From Octopus sinensis (lineage: Eukaryota), in contig NC_042998.1 of the NCBI RefSeq assembly GCF_006345805.1, positions 54,560,001 through 54,624,000 on the forward strand: a DNA stretch of 64,000 nt. The letters are read 5' to 3'. A program made the position numbers and the translations under genes. Below, piece by piece: positions 1 to 12,560 of the stretch (the first letter of the stretch is position 1; every line of letters begins with the position of its first letter). Below the pieces are notes generated by a model that saw nothing but the letters and a program-made list of their open reading frames with translations, had not been told where the DNA came from and searched no databases.

Positions 1-1715
1 GAACCCAGTAGAAGGGGACTCTGACAATGCATGAAAGCAAAATGGAATGAAATGGGACTCTTCAAAATAAGTGAGTAACATTTAGCTGACCAGGCAAGAG
101 CAGTAAGAGCAAAAGGGTGGTTAACAGACATGAAAATAGAAGAGATAAAAAGGAAAGTAGAAAATAGAAATAATACTTCGCCAACAAATAATGTACCCAG
201 TGAGGACAGAGAAATGAATGGTGGGAATGAAGATGTAGAGCAAAGTGTAAATGTAAATGCTTTCTAAGCAAATGAAGCAGAAGTAATGGGAAGAGTTATA
301 TCACAAGAATACAATGATGACCAACATGACATAGTGAAGATGCTGTGCCAATATATTAGAGAAGACCATGATCAAGCATCCACCAATTGATCAACACAAG
401 CTCAAAGTTGAAACTGAAAGTATAGATTCGGTCCTTGAGCTATTCTAGATGTGAATTATAACTGAAACTAACAAGATTATTTGGGCTGCAGCATGGCATA
501 GGTTGCTGCAGATAGAGTTGGATATAAAAGAAGAGAACAAACAGAATGTAAAGAATCATACTGGTGTAGATTTATGAGAAACAAAGTTAAAAAGACATTT
601 AGGACAAGCCGATTGATTGAGTAGAGGGGAAACATAGAAAGAAAGCATAAGACTAATGCTGGAAAGAACATATAGAATAAGAGATGAAGGGTATGATGTG
701 ATATTGGAAGAATTGAAACAGAGTAGTAGCAATCAAAGAAGAAACTGGAAAGATATGACAATAGAAGAAAATAATTCAGGCAAGACAGATTGCTTGAAGT
801 AAATCAGAAGAAAATGTTTCAGGAACTAGATGGGCAATTACATGCAACAGTGATACCAGATGCAGAGGAAAGCAGGGCATTCTGGAGAGGGATCTGGGAC
901 CAACCTGTAGAGCATAATGATAAAGTGGAGTGGCAGCATGAAATTCAAGATAAGTTAAGAAATATAGAAGGCTAAGAAGACATAAAAATAACTACAGAAA
1001 TGATAAAAAAGCAGTTAAAAAAATTCCCAAATTGAAAGAGCCCAGAACTGGATGAGGTCCAAGGTTATTGGATGAAGAAGCTGAGCGGGCGTCATAAAAG
1101 CATAGCAAAACAGCTAAATGAGTGCTTGCAAGAAGGCTTAGTACCCAGCTGGATGACAAAGGGGAAGACAATGTTATGTGCCAAGGATCTTGAAAAGGGA
1201 AATGTGGCATCCAACTTTTGACCAATAACATGTCTTCTGCTAATGTGGAAACTAATGTCAGGTGCTTTGGCTGGAGAACTGTATAGATTCTTAGAAAAAA
1301 GTGTGCTGCTACCTCCTGAAGAGAAAGGGTGCCAAAAGAGGAGCCAGGGAACGAAATACCAGCTCTTAATCGATAATCTAATTATCAGAAACTACAGAAG
1401 ACGCACAAATCTGAGCATGGCATAGGCTGACTATTGAAAAGCATATGATATGATACTTTACTTCTGGATAATAAGAACAATGGAAACGTATGGAGTAGCA
1501 GAAAACATGAGAAGTCTTACATGGAACAGTATGAAATGGTGGAGAATGGAACTGATAGCAGGGAATCAAGTATTAGGAGAGGTGAAAATCAAGAGAGGAA
1601 TCTTCCAAGGGGACAGTGTGTCCCCACTGATCTTGGTGCTGGGAACGATCCCCTTTAGTGGAATACTACAGAAAACAAAGTTGGGGTATGACCTGGGAAG
1701 AGGAAAGGGAAAACT
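1..1715 (+). mobile_element. Decayed R4/Dong-clade non-LTR retrotransposon, reverse transcriptase fragment
   Basis: Frameshifted and stop-interrupted RT motifs across ORFs 790-975, 1243-1425 and 1450-1779: FWRGIWDQPVEHN, NF*PITCLLLMWKL, EKGCQKRSQGTKYQLLID, KAYDM, VKIKRGIFQGDSVSPL. Truncated at ~1715 by another element. Confidence 0.85.
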
Positions 1716-1717
1716 GA

Positions 1718-2071
1718 AAGAGAGCACAAACTTCCACCAAAGTAACACCAATGTCCTCTCAACGATTAGCCGGAGATGATTTTTAATATTAGAATACTTC
1801 AAATAAACTTGACTGCTCTCACAAACAAGAATACTAAAAATGAACATGACTGCTCTCAAAAATTAAGTACAAAAACAGGAAAAATAATCCAGAATTCTTG
1901 CTCGGTACCAGATTGATCCCAAAATCTAATCAGCTCATGCCAGTCACGAGACCAAACATCCCTGCAAGTTTCATCTGAATGCATCCAGCGATTCTTGAAA
2001 TATCTTGTCCAAGGACAAACAAACAAACATGACAGAAAACAATACCTCCACCTTAGCGAAGGCAGAGGTAA
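1718..2071 (+). mobile_element. Helentron-associated (HINE/DINE-1-like) non-autonomous element, family 1 copy A
   Basis: 5' sub-terminal motif acttccacc, (acaa)n microsatellite near the 3' end and 3' hairpin acctccacctt-agcg-aaggcagaggt. Similar copy at 41683-42031. Confidence 0.55.
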
Positions 2072-2320
2072 TAATAATAATACTGAATACTTGTCAACTG
2101 AGAAAACTAGAATATTATTTTCTAAAACATTTCAACATTTAAAGCAACAATTTTTAAGGATCAAATCAATATGCTGTCCAACAATACTTGAAAAAATTCA
2201 ATCATCTTCATCAGCATTGATAAAAATAATTACTGAATAATGAACTGAAGTGACTATTCTCTTTCACTTGAGTTTAATAAAATAAATATATTTTATATAG
2301 TGATAATGAGTCAATAGACT

Positions 2321-2652
2321 TTTGAGAATCACGTTGGTCATGAATGACCATGAGATTGCACCTAGAAACTTCCCCTTAGAGGTAGAAGTCTGGGCAAGGT
2401 TGTTTGTGGAAGACCAGCAGTCAACCATGCATACCAGTCTCTCCTCACCATGCCACTGATTTTATCCAAGGGAAAGGCAAAAGCTGATACTGCTTGGCAC
2501 TAGTGACATCACAATTCATTTCTATAGCTGAGTGAACTGGAGCAATGTGAAATAAATGCCTTGCTCAAGAACACAACAGAGAGCCAAGGTCTGGGAACTG
2601 AACTCACAATGCTCTAGCTCAATGCTCTAAGCACTGAGCCAAGCATCTTCAC
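2321..2652 (-). mobile_element. tRNA-derived SINE (family D) with 13-bp TSD
   Basis: tRNA-like A box (tggctcagtg) on the minus strand; body matches 60738-61076; flanked by direct repeat gagtcaatagact at 2308-2320 and 2653-2665. Confidence 0.75.
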
Positions 2653-4079
2653 GAGTCAATAGACTATTCCACCTTTGATATATTGATAATGGGTCAACAA
2701 ACTGTTCTACATTCCTGAAAAGAGGCTTGTACATTGGCAAAAAATGGAAGCAATAAAGTTATAAAAGTTTTTAAAGAAATAAGCAAATAAAATCATAATT
2801 TAAACCAAAATGTTGAAATCCATTTCCTTTGCATGAATTGTGAATTATATTTCCTGTCTGTACATGTCATCAAAAATGGAAATGTTGAAAAGTCAGAAAT
2901 TAGAAAGTTGTAGATATATCATGATTACATAAAAAAAAATAAAAAAGTGTGCATGATGACGTGTTATTCTGATATAATACAGTACCATCGATAACTGGAA
3001 TCTTTTCTAAGGTATCAAAATAAAAAAAAAAAACCATTAAGATATTCTAATTATATGAAACAGGTACAGTAGAATATCGTTATGAATTTGAGTTAATTTT
3101 TAATTGTTTTTTTTATATATTCTTTACATGCTTTCTCTCAATGCAGCTATGAAGGGAGGTATTATATGAAGTAAGATGGGGGAGAGCCTCAGTTAGATTA
3201 TTGTGAGGCAAGGATCATCATCATTGTCGTCATCATCACCATAACAACTGTTACCACAGCCATCACCACCATCATCATCAAAACCATTTTATGTCTGCTT
3301 TCCATTCTAGAATGGGTTGTAAAGTTTATCACAGTCTGATTCATTTCTTATAGGAGTTACTGCTCCTAAAAACTGGTATTCTTTCATGGAATCTTGTGTA
3401 TCTGGGTTTCTTGAATAGTCACATTGTATTTGCAGACCTCAAAAATCGACTAAATACAAGGGTGTCCAACCATAAAACACTACAATAAAATGTCTAGCAA
3501 GGAGAAGCAGACATCAAAAATGACAATGACAATAGTGATGATAAGATGAGATTTTAATCTAAGATTTAAATTTGAAGGCATGAACAGAGGCACTTTACGA
3601 AAGTTTGGTAGAGAAAGGGTTAAAGAAGTCTGAGCTAAATATCTGTCTTATATCAACGTCATCATCATTTTAGTGTTCACATTTCTATGTTTGCATGGGT
3701 TAGAGAGTTTATTGAGGCAGATTTTTTACAACCAAATGCTTTTCCTGTCACCAACCCTCGTCTGTTTCCAAGTGAGGTAATAGTTTTCTCATGGCCAGAT
3801 ATGTTCTCACAGACAACTGAAACTGAATGACACTATGTATGAGTGACTATCACTTGCAACTATCACATGATGTCAAGATAAGGAGACAGAAAAAATACAT
3901 TCTCACATAATATATACATAAGTGTGTGCATGTGTGCGTGCATGTGTGTGTGTGTGCGTGCATGCGTGTGTGTGTGCATATATGCATCATGCTGAACTGT
4001 TAATCTCTACATATTTCTTTTCTCGGTCTGTTTCATTTTTGTTCTCTCTCTCAACTTTTTTCCTCTTAACCATCTCTGT

Positions 4080-4345
4080 CAAAGAGCATAGACTAAAAAT
4101 GTCAAAGAATTTTCCATTCTTCCCAAGTGACAAACAAATACTGGGTTCTCCTGTTTCTGTGGCATAATACAGTCTTGTTGCCAGACATAAGGTCTTCCAG
4201 CAGCCACCTTCTTGACTCAGGGCAGGACTAACTCCTCCAGGTGCTTTACATAGGCCTCTGTGTTGAATGTGAACCCATATGGGAAGATGAATCGAGGCAT
4301 AACGTCACTATCACTAGTAATCACTCCAAACATCATGATGTTGAC
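4080..4345 (-). mobile_element. Tc1/mariner-superfamily transposase fragment (pseudogenised)
   Basis: Minus frame IMMFGVITSDSDVMPRFIFPYGFTFNTEAYVKHLEELVLP*VKKVAAGRPYVWQQD, typical of the DDE-domain region preceding the second Asp. Confidence 0.75.
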
Positions 4346-4757
4346 TGTATGTGCGTGTATATATATATATATATATAATATATCCACATGTTTATATAAA
4401 AGCAAAGTAGTTGGTGTGTTTACATCCCCATAACTTAGTGGTTCGGCAAAAGAGACTGATAGAATAAGTACTAGGCTTACAAAGAATAAGTCCTGGGGTT
4501 GATTAGTTCTACTAAAGGCAGTGCTCCAGCACGGCTGCAGTCAAATAACTGAATCAAATAAAAGTAATAAAGGAATATATATATATATATACACACAGAC
4601 ATACAAACAATGTGTGCACACTTTCCATCAACTGAATCCACTCACAAGGTTTAGTCGGACCAGAACTACCAAAGGTGCCATGCAGTATGACTGAACTTGA
4701 AACTATGTGGTTAAGGAGCAAACTTCTTACCACACAACTATGCCTGCACCTTGTACT

Positions 4758-4806
<49 letters not shown>

Positions 4807-5277
4807 GTGTGAATAACAATCAAAACTATTTTCATTTCATGTCTAAAACTGATAGAATAACGGAAAACATTAAAATTAAATATTTCTGATTGTGCTGGAA
4901 TGAAACTCATGTTTCTTGTTGAAATAATTGATAACCTAAAACATTTCATTTGTCTTGACATGAAATTTTATGAGCCGTGGCATATTTAGAAATATACAAA
5001 AATATAATATTGAAAAAAAGATTATTTCCATGTAGTTCACGACTGCTACAGAATATGATAATAAAATGTAGACAGGTGAGGAATTATTTCTTTTAAATCA
5101 AAATACTTTGTGTTATTGTTTTTGTTATTGCTATTTTGCCAAGACCATCCTGTCATTTCAGACACACTCTGCTTCAAACTACATTGTCCATTATGTCCTT
5201 CTTTTATAACAGACAGCAGGGTGTGGTTTTAGGGAGATTCGGTTGCTATTTTTAGCAGGTCGGACGACCATATAGAG

Positions 5278-5782
5278 CAGTGATTTTTAACCTTTTTTTT
5301 TTCTTTGTAGCACCCATTTATAAGTAGTAGTTATGCCTAGCACCTACCTAAGTGACAGGTAAGGTATCATGACTAAACTAACTTGACATCAATGTTGATT
5401 TATAAATTTTACTCTAAAAATGAACTGTATGAGCTTTTAACAGTTAAATGATAAAATATTATTAAAGACAAAAATTGTAAATTTAATTTATACATTGCAA
5501 GTAATGTAACATCAAAAATTAATCATTCCAAGAAATATAACATTAAAAATTAATTATTCTTGTTCAAATATGTCTTTAGAAAGGATATATACTTATCTCT
5601 CACTTTATTTTAATACCTTTTAAAAGCTTTATCATGTAAAATATAATTACTACTGTAGGTAAAATTTAGTATGTTGATTATGTTATTTCACTGGCCCCCT
5701 GATTGCCCAATGAGGCCTAGCACTTCCTTTAATATGCCCAGTGCCCCTTTAGGGACAGCAGGAGCCATGTTGAGAACATCTG
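5278..5782. mobile_element. hAT (Charlie-like) MITE
   Basis: Termini cagtgatttttaac...gttgagaacatctg are imperfect TIRs; 8-bp flanks atatagag / atatggag (7 of 8 identical). Confidence 0.65.
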
Positions 5783-7773
5783 ATATGGAGGTTCTCTAAT
5801 TAGTGTGTGGTATGTCTACATAGGGATAGATTAGGCTGTTGGGGTTTCAATCTTAAGCATGTGAGTTCAATTCTCCTACCTGGTAGGACACTGAGTCCTT
5901 GAGCAAGGCATGTCATTTCACATTATTCTACAGAAAATGAAGTACATCTGTTACAAAGTGGCACCTCAGAGACTATTAACCCAAAACCATGGAAATGCCA
6001 GATGCCACTAGTCCACCATGGGTAGGGCATACCAGATGATAGATGATGTAGTATATGTAGGCAAATAATATCCTATTATAGGCACAAGGCCTGAAATGTT
6101 TGCAGGAGAGGGAAAGTTGATTATATTACCCCAGTGCTCAACTGGTACTTATTTCATCAACTCTGAAAGGATGAAAGACAAAGTCAAACTTGGTGGAATT
6201 TGAGGCAGATAATATAGGTGGGATATAGGAACAGGTATGGTTGTGCTAAGAAGTTTGCTTCCCAAGTAGAAGGCCCTGAGTTCAGTTCAGTTCTACTGCG
6301 TAGCACCTTGGGCATATACAAACACACATGTAAATCAATAGGGTTATAATTATACATAATGAAATGTCATCTAGGATATCTTTTCTTTTACGTAGTTTTG
6401 CTTACTGAATATCACTTTCATTTTCGATGTGCATAAAACTAAAAATCATAGCATGTAAAACTCTCTGGATAAAAAAAAAAAATCAAAGGCTATCAGTGAA
6501 ACTTGAACTCACATCTCCTGTAGACATAACTGGCATTCTATCATTGGACCAAAGCAACCCTCCAGATTTCATTATCCATTACATGTGCTAAGAAAAGACT
6601 CACTCCAAGTTCTCTCGAAACCCAATAAATTCTTATGATGTCAACATCACGATCATCATTTAATATCTGTATTCCATGCTGACTCCATACTGTTATGAGC
6701 AAGATGGTTTGACAGGAGCTGTCCAGGTTCCATTTGTCTGTTTTGGTATGGTTTCTACAGCTGGGTACCCTTCCTAATGCCAAGCACTTTACAGAGTGTG
6801 TTAGGTACTTTTTACATGGAACTAGAAACATACAATTCTCAATGGCAAGAATAATGTATATAAAAATTCAAAGAATTATTTTGGTTCAACAGTAGAACAT
6901 CTATCATGTTTACAAGAGACATGGGTTCGAATTCAATGGGTGACCTTTGCCTTTTTTTCTATCTAAAACAGTTTTTCAGTCCACTCTGCACATGCTGTAA
7001 TTTATAGCTTTATGTGAGCTTCAAGATCCATTGTTCCAAAGAAAACAAAAAGGATGATTTCACATTGTCTCAAAAGCTTATAAATTCCTATTCATTAATA
7101 ATGGTTTACTGCAAATCTTCAACAAAGTTATATTTTGGATTGGTCAGAATTTGAAAAGTATTATCTATCAAAACCATGATCTTTTGCCATATCTATGCAA
7201 ATCTCAATTTTCTAAGATCTGATCTAACTATCTTGGCCTTTCTCACGTGTCAGCCAATCTTTGCTATTCTTTGGAAATTGCATGCAGCATCTCTTACAAT
7301 ATAATCTTCATGTTTGTATCATTTACGATTTCTTTATAGATAAGTCAACCTATTTCTAAATTTTACATGTCACACATTCAACTGCAAGATTCAATACCAA
7401 TTATATATAAACAGTAGTACATGAAACTAAACACTGGTATATGAATATGAAGATAAACAACAGATGAATCAATATCTCTTGTAGCTCTAGAACACGAAAT
7501 AAATGGATCATGCCACCAAAAGGTTTAACTGTAACAGACTATTTAACATTTATTTTTTAAACAAACTATTTCTTCTAGACATGGCTGCATATTTTCTCAT
7601 AGTCATAAGGTCAAAAAGTTGTGTTTGTTTACAGCCACATCATTCCAGGTCTGATTCAATTGCTCAGTTACATAGGCAAATGTCTAGTGCAATTGCCTCA
7701 GGTGAACCAAAGACTTCCAAATGAAATTTTATACATAGAAACTATACAGAAATCTATCAGACAGTATATATAC

Positions 7774-7821
<48 letters not shown>

Positions 7822-8000
7822 AATGGGTTTGTACTATTGTGTATAGAGGGATATATATTATTCAAAGGAATTCCAACTCTGTTTTTTAAATATTAATGTA
7901 AAATATAGAATATCAAATATTCAGGGACTAGTATACTTTCTTGCATTTAAGCAGTCTTCAAGGTCCTAGGTTGTGACAGGAGTGTTTCAATATATATATA

Positions 8001-8054
<54 letters not shown>

Positions 8055-8134
8055 CCCGGGTTGATTCGGGGTTAACCACAGTAAATAAGGTACTCAATAC
8101 ATAGCAGAGTAAAATTAATTTATTATATAGAAGG

Positions 8135-8185
8135 AGCTTCTACAGGACTAGAACTGTTTCATTCAAAAGAAATCATCAGGAAGCT
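8135..8185 (-). ncRNA. Minimal type I hammerhead ribozyme motif (inverted copy, same strand as the KATNIP transcript)
   Basis: Exact reverse complement of 8872-8922. Confidence 0.75.
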
Positions 8186-8405
8186 AGGTGACAAGAATAG
8201 TTTTGGCATTTATACATTTAGGCAGGTTTAAAGGGGTGGTGGTGGGGGACTTTTTGGGGTAGGCATGGAGCAAACTATCATTCTTAGGGGAGTGGTCAAA
8301 GGAATCAGTGATAAAGTAGATAAAAGAATAAATAGAATAATAGAGTTTTAGGTAAATAAGGAGACTCTCACTTATACACATATATATACACATATATATA
8401 CACAT

Positions 8406-8436
<31 letters not shown>

Positions 8437-8621
8437 CACCCACACACATACATATATATATATACACCCACACACATACATATATATATATATATATACA
8501 TATATACATACACATACACACATACATCCATATACACATGTTATATACATGTGTATATGGATGTATGTGTGTATGTGTATGTATATATGTATATATATAT
8601 ATATATGTATGTGTGTGGGTG

Positions 8622-8652
<31 letters not shown>

Positions 8653-8871
8653 ATGTGTATATATATGTGTATATATATGTGTATAAGTGAGAGTCTCCTT
8701 ATTTACCTAAAACTCTATTATTCTATTTATTCTTTTATCTACTTTATCACTGATTCCTTTGACCACTCCCCTAAGAATGATAGTTTGCTCCATGCCTACC
8801 CCAAAAAGTCCCCCACCACCACCCCTTTAAACCTGCCTAAATGTATAAATGCCAAACTATTCTTGTCACCT

Positions 8872-8922
8872 AGCTTCCTGATGATTTCTTTTGAATGAAA
8901 CAGTTCTAGTCCTGTAGAAGCT
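8872..8922 (+). ncRNA. Minimal type I hammerhead ribozyme motif
   Basis: agcttc-CTGATGA-tttcttttgaat-GAAA-cag-ttctagtc-ctGTA-gaagct. Stem I 6 bp (agcttc/gaagct), conserved core, short stem II, stem III ACAG/CTGT, GUA cleavage triplet. Confidence 0.75.
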
Positions 8923-8977
8923 CCTTCTATATAATAAATTAATATATATATATATAATATATATATATAATATATAT

Positions 8978-9012
<35 letters not shown>

Positions 9013-9109
9013 CAATAAAAAATGGAGGGGATCAATAGGTGGTTCATCACTTTTAGACATTATATTATGTCAATTTATTAATTTATTTACTAAAATTACA
9101 ATTATACTT

Positions 9110-9545
9110 TTATTCTTTTACTTGTTTCAGTTACTTGATTGACACCCATGCTGGAGCACCACCTTAAATGGTTTTAGTTGAAGAAATCAACCTCAAGACT
9201 TATTCTTTGTACACCTAGTACTTATTCTATCAGTCTCTTTTGCTGAACCGATAAATTATGGGGACATAAACACACCAACACCAGTTGTCAAGTGATGGTG
9301 GGGGACAAGCACAGACACCAAAGGTACACACACACACACACGCAAGCACATACAAACATACATACACATATATATATACAAAACTGGCCTCCTTCAGTTT
9401 CTATCAACGAAATCCACTCACAAGGCTTTGTGTCGGCCCAATGCTGTAGTAGAAGACACTTGCCCAAGGTGCCCTGTAGTGGGACTGAACCTGCAACCAT
9501 GTGGTCATGAAACAAACTTCTTACCATACAGCCATACCAGTGCAT
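9110..9545 (-). mobile_element. tRNA-derived composite SINE (family A) with internal (CA/TA)n
   Basis: Head tggctgtatggtaagaagtttg...ggttcagtcccact, internal microsatellite, tail ...ggtgctccagcatgg...gaaacaagtaaaag, all shared with other copies in the window. Confidence 0.75.
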
Positions 9546-9553
9546 AAATATAT

Positions 9554-9584
<31 letters not shown>

Positions 9585-9585
9585 T

Positions 9586-9752
9586 CATCATCATCATCAT
9601 CATCATCATTTAACGTCCGCTTTCCATACTATCATGGGTTGGACGGTTCAACTGGGGTCTGGGGAGCCCAAAGGCTGCACTAGGTCAGTCAGATCTGGCA
9701 GTGTTTCTACAGCTGGATGCCCTTCCTAACGCCAACCACTCCGAGAGTGTAG
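9586..9752 (-). mobile_element. RTE-LINE 3'-end-derived short element (family C)
   Basis: Contains ggcgttaggaagggcatccagctgtagaaac and ends in a (GAT)n tail on the minus strand; same sequence as the LINE tail at 57680-57832. Confidence 0.7.
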
Positions 9753-9834
9753 TGTGTATATATATATTATATATATTATATATATTATATATATATATAT
9801 GTATGTATGTATGTATATATGAATCGTCCACTCC

Positions 9835-9975
9835 GCCAGGTAGTTAGGAAGGGTATCGAACAGTGCCAAAACAGACACAGAAGTCTGGTGGAGTCTTCTC
9901 CCTGGTCAGCTCCTGTTAAACTGTCCAGCCCGTTTCCAGCATGGAAAAGCGAGCATCAAACGATGATGACAATGA
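9835..9975 (+). mobile_element. Family C RTE-tail element (inverted relative to 9586-9752)
   Basis: ggaagggtatcgaacagt...catggaaaagcgagcatcaaacgatgatgac. Confidence 0.6.
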
Positions 9976-10524
9976 TGAATCAAAAAGAGTATTGGGGTCA
10001 GAAGATCAAGGAAGGTGCATCATTGCCACTGCTGCTGCCACCACCACCACCATCATCATCATTTTATGTGCATGTTCTATACTGGCATGGGGTACATGGT
10101 TTGATAGGAACTAATGAGTATTAAGACTGCATTGTGCACCTATGTCTGTTTTGACATGGTCTCTATAGGTGGATGCCCTTTCCAATGCTAACCAATTTAC
10201 AGTGTGTGCTAGGTGCATTTTTAGTGACACCAAAACTCATAAGGTCATTATGCATGATGTCACCGTGCAGGCTACAAGTCTAAGACACCCCTTCAAATGA
10301 GGGGGGATACACTACCCATTTTAATGTGAAAATAAAAAAAAATAATAGGAAAAAGTTGGTGACAACTGTAGAAACTGGGTAGGGCTGATAAGTGGCTAAT
10401 GATACATATGAGTTAGAGGAAGATAGGGGAGAGGTGATGATTGACAGTGCAGAAAAATTACGAAGAGCAGCAGAATAATATAATAATAATAATAATGATA
10501 ATAATAATGATAATAATAATAATA

Positions 10525-10566
<42 letters not shown>

Positions 10567-10599
10567 GAAGGTTTAAAATTTTTCCATGAGGGCAGCAGT

Positions 10600-10790
10600 T
10601 TTGGGGAGGGGATGAGTCATTTATATCAACCCCTTTGTTTAACTGGTATTTATTTTTTCAACCCCAAAAGGATGAAAGGTAAAGTTGAGCTAGGCAGAAT
10701 TTGAACTCAGAACGTAACGACAGGCAAAATACTGCTAAGCATTTCATCCAACATGCTAACGATTCTGCCAGCTCACTACCTTAGTAGTAA
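10600..10790 (-). mobile_element. tRNA-derived SINE (family B) next to (AAT)n
   Basis: Reverse complement of the family B consensus seen at 44162-44389 (gagctggcagaatcgttagc...gagttcaaattc). Confidence 0.7.
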
Positions 10791-11394
10791 TAATAATAAT
10801 GAGACATTGGGCAGGAGAAAAATGAAAGATATGAGACAGAGAGAGAGAGGAAGGAGACACCATGTAGATAGGTAAGTTGTAAAGGTGTGGTGTAATTACA
10901 GTGAATGGGGGGGGATGATGAGATATATGTTGGTGAAGGGGAGATAATTTGGTGGCTCAGGAGAGTGATCAATGTATAATAATGGCAGAGAGGACAGTAT
11001 TAGGAATGAGGGCATAGATATCAGATGACATGGTTCTGAGTGAGTAAAGGAAGAGATGGTGAAGTATACAGTTGTCCTGTTCACATTTAATAACAGCAGC
11101 AGATTAGTGCAGTTAGAGAGAAATAATGGATGGTGGGGATGTCTCAAGGAGGAAACTGAAGAAGGGGACTCATTTGTACATGTTCTTTAATTCTTTTATT
11201 CTTTCATGCATTTCAGCCCAAAGGCTGTGGCCATGCAGGAGCACCACATGTGTAATCACCTTTTGCATGGCTATTTTTATGTGGTTGGCTTTTGGTGAAG
11301 GAGGAAGTTTGATATTGCTACCCTTTTCTAAGTTTTTTTGCTCTGAGACTTTGGTCATCTGAGACACTGGAAAACAGGAATTTGTGTGTGTGTA

Positions 11395-11426
<32 letters not shown>

Positions 11427-12239
11427 ATACAAATAAGAAAATGGAGGAACAAATTCATTTCGATCATCAACTTACAGATATTACAATTTCATATTATTTA
11501 TTAATTATATAAATAGGAACATGAAAATTGAACAAAACAATATACATAACCCCTATCTTACTTTGTACTATATATATACACACACACACATTCTGCTTCC
11601 AGAATCTCAGATTCTCCAAGATGGACAAAGATAATAATGACTCATAATATAAGTGTGTGTCTGTGTGTATGTACAGTCTGTATGTCTTGGTATTTTGCTA
11701 ATTAGAAAATTAATAAAACAAGTACAAAGGGGTCAATAGAGGAGGAGGAAGAGGTGACAATGATGAAGAACCTTATTATTAAAGTACCCAAAGGTGGCAA
11801 ACTGGTACAATCACAAGCATGCTCCACACAATCCTTAGTAGCATTTCTTCTGACCTCAGAGTTCAAGTTCAACTAAGACAGACCAAGCCATTCATCTTAG
11901 GTCAATAAAATAAGTATTAGTCAAGCATCAGGCTCGGCATAATCAGCTAGTACGCCCCTTACCAAATTTCAGGCCTTTTGTCCATAGTAGAAAGAATTAT
12001 TAAAGTATCCCAATTAGATAAATCTGACTATTGTGCTTTCCCCTTTACAAAACTAACGTTGTGCTTAGACAAATTATTGGACTGTCTTTCATTTGATTCG
12101 CTCATTACATTGTGGCCATGCTGTAGCAACTGCTTTGAAGGGTTTTTAGTCAGGCATTGTTTCTAGGGTAATTTTAAAGCCTGGTACTAATTTTGGTGGT
12201 CTTTCTTTGTCAGATTGCTAATTTAAGGGACATAGACAA

Positions 12240-12560
12240 CATCATTTAACATCCATTGTTCATGCTGGCATGTACTAGACAGTTTAACCAGAGTTGGAAA
12301 CCTGGGGAGCTGCACCGGGTTCTAGTTTGATTTGGCATGGTTTTTTTCAGATGGATGCCCTTCCTAACACCAGTGACTTTACAAAGTTTGCAGGGTGCTT
12401 TTACATGACACCACGCAGGTGCTTTTATGTGACACCATACAGGCACTTTTATATGGAACAGCAAGGGAGCTTTAACATGGTACATGCTTTTATGTGGCAC
12501 CGCGCAGGTGCTTTTTCATGGCACCTCACTGGCACTTTTACGTGACACTGCACAGGTATT
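12240..12560 (-). mobile_element. Family C RTE-tail element with tandem subrepeats
   Basis: catcatttaacatcc... start on plus; repeated gtgcttttacatgacacc units. Confidence 0.65.

Larger units (their letters stand above)
8050..8943. mobile_element. Penelope-like fold-back element (inverted arms 8114-8541 / 8547-8943) inserted in (TA)n
   Basis: Arms are near-perfect reverse complements around the centre catacatccatatacacatg-ttatata-catgtgtatatggatgtatg. (TA)n tracts on both sides and a hammerhead motif in each arm. Confidence 0.75.

Noticed and set aside
6602-6632. Possible phase-1 exon (E)FIGFRENL with a gtgagt donor
   Set aside because: No polypyrimidine tract, it abuts a family C repeat, and there is no KATNIP-like motif.
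12055-12162. Possible exon KQCLTKNPSKQLLQHG...SKHN with ctag acceptor and gttagt donor
   Set aside because: Open only in phase 0, whereas the upstream exon ends in phase 1; no bridging exon was found.
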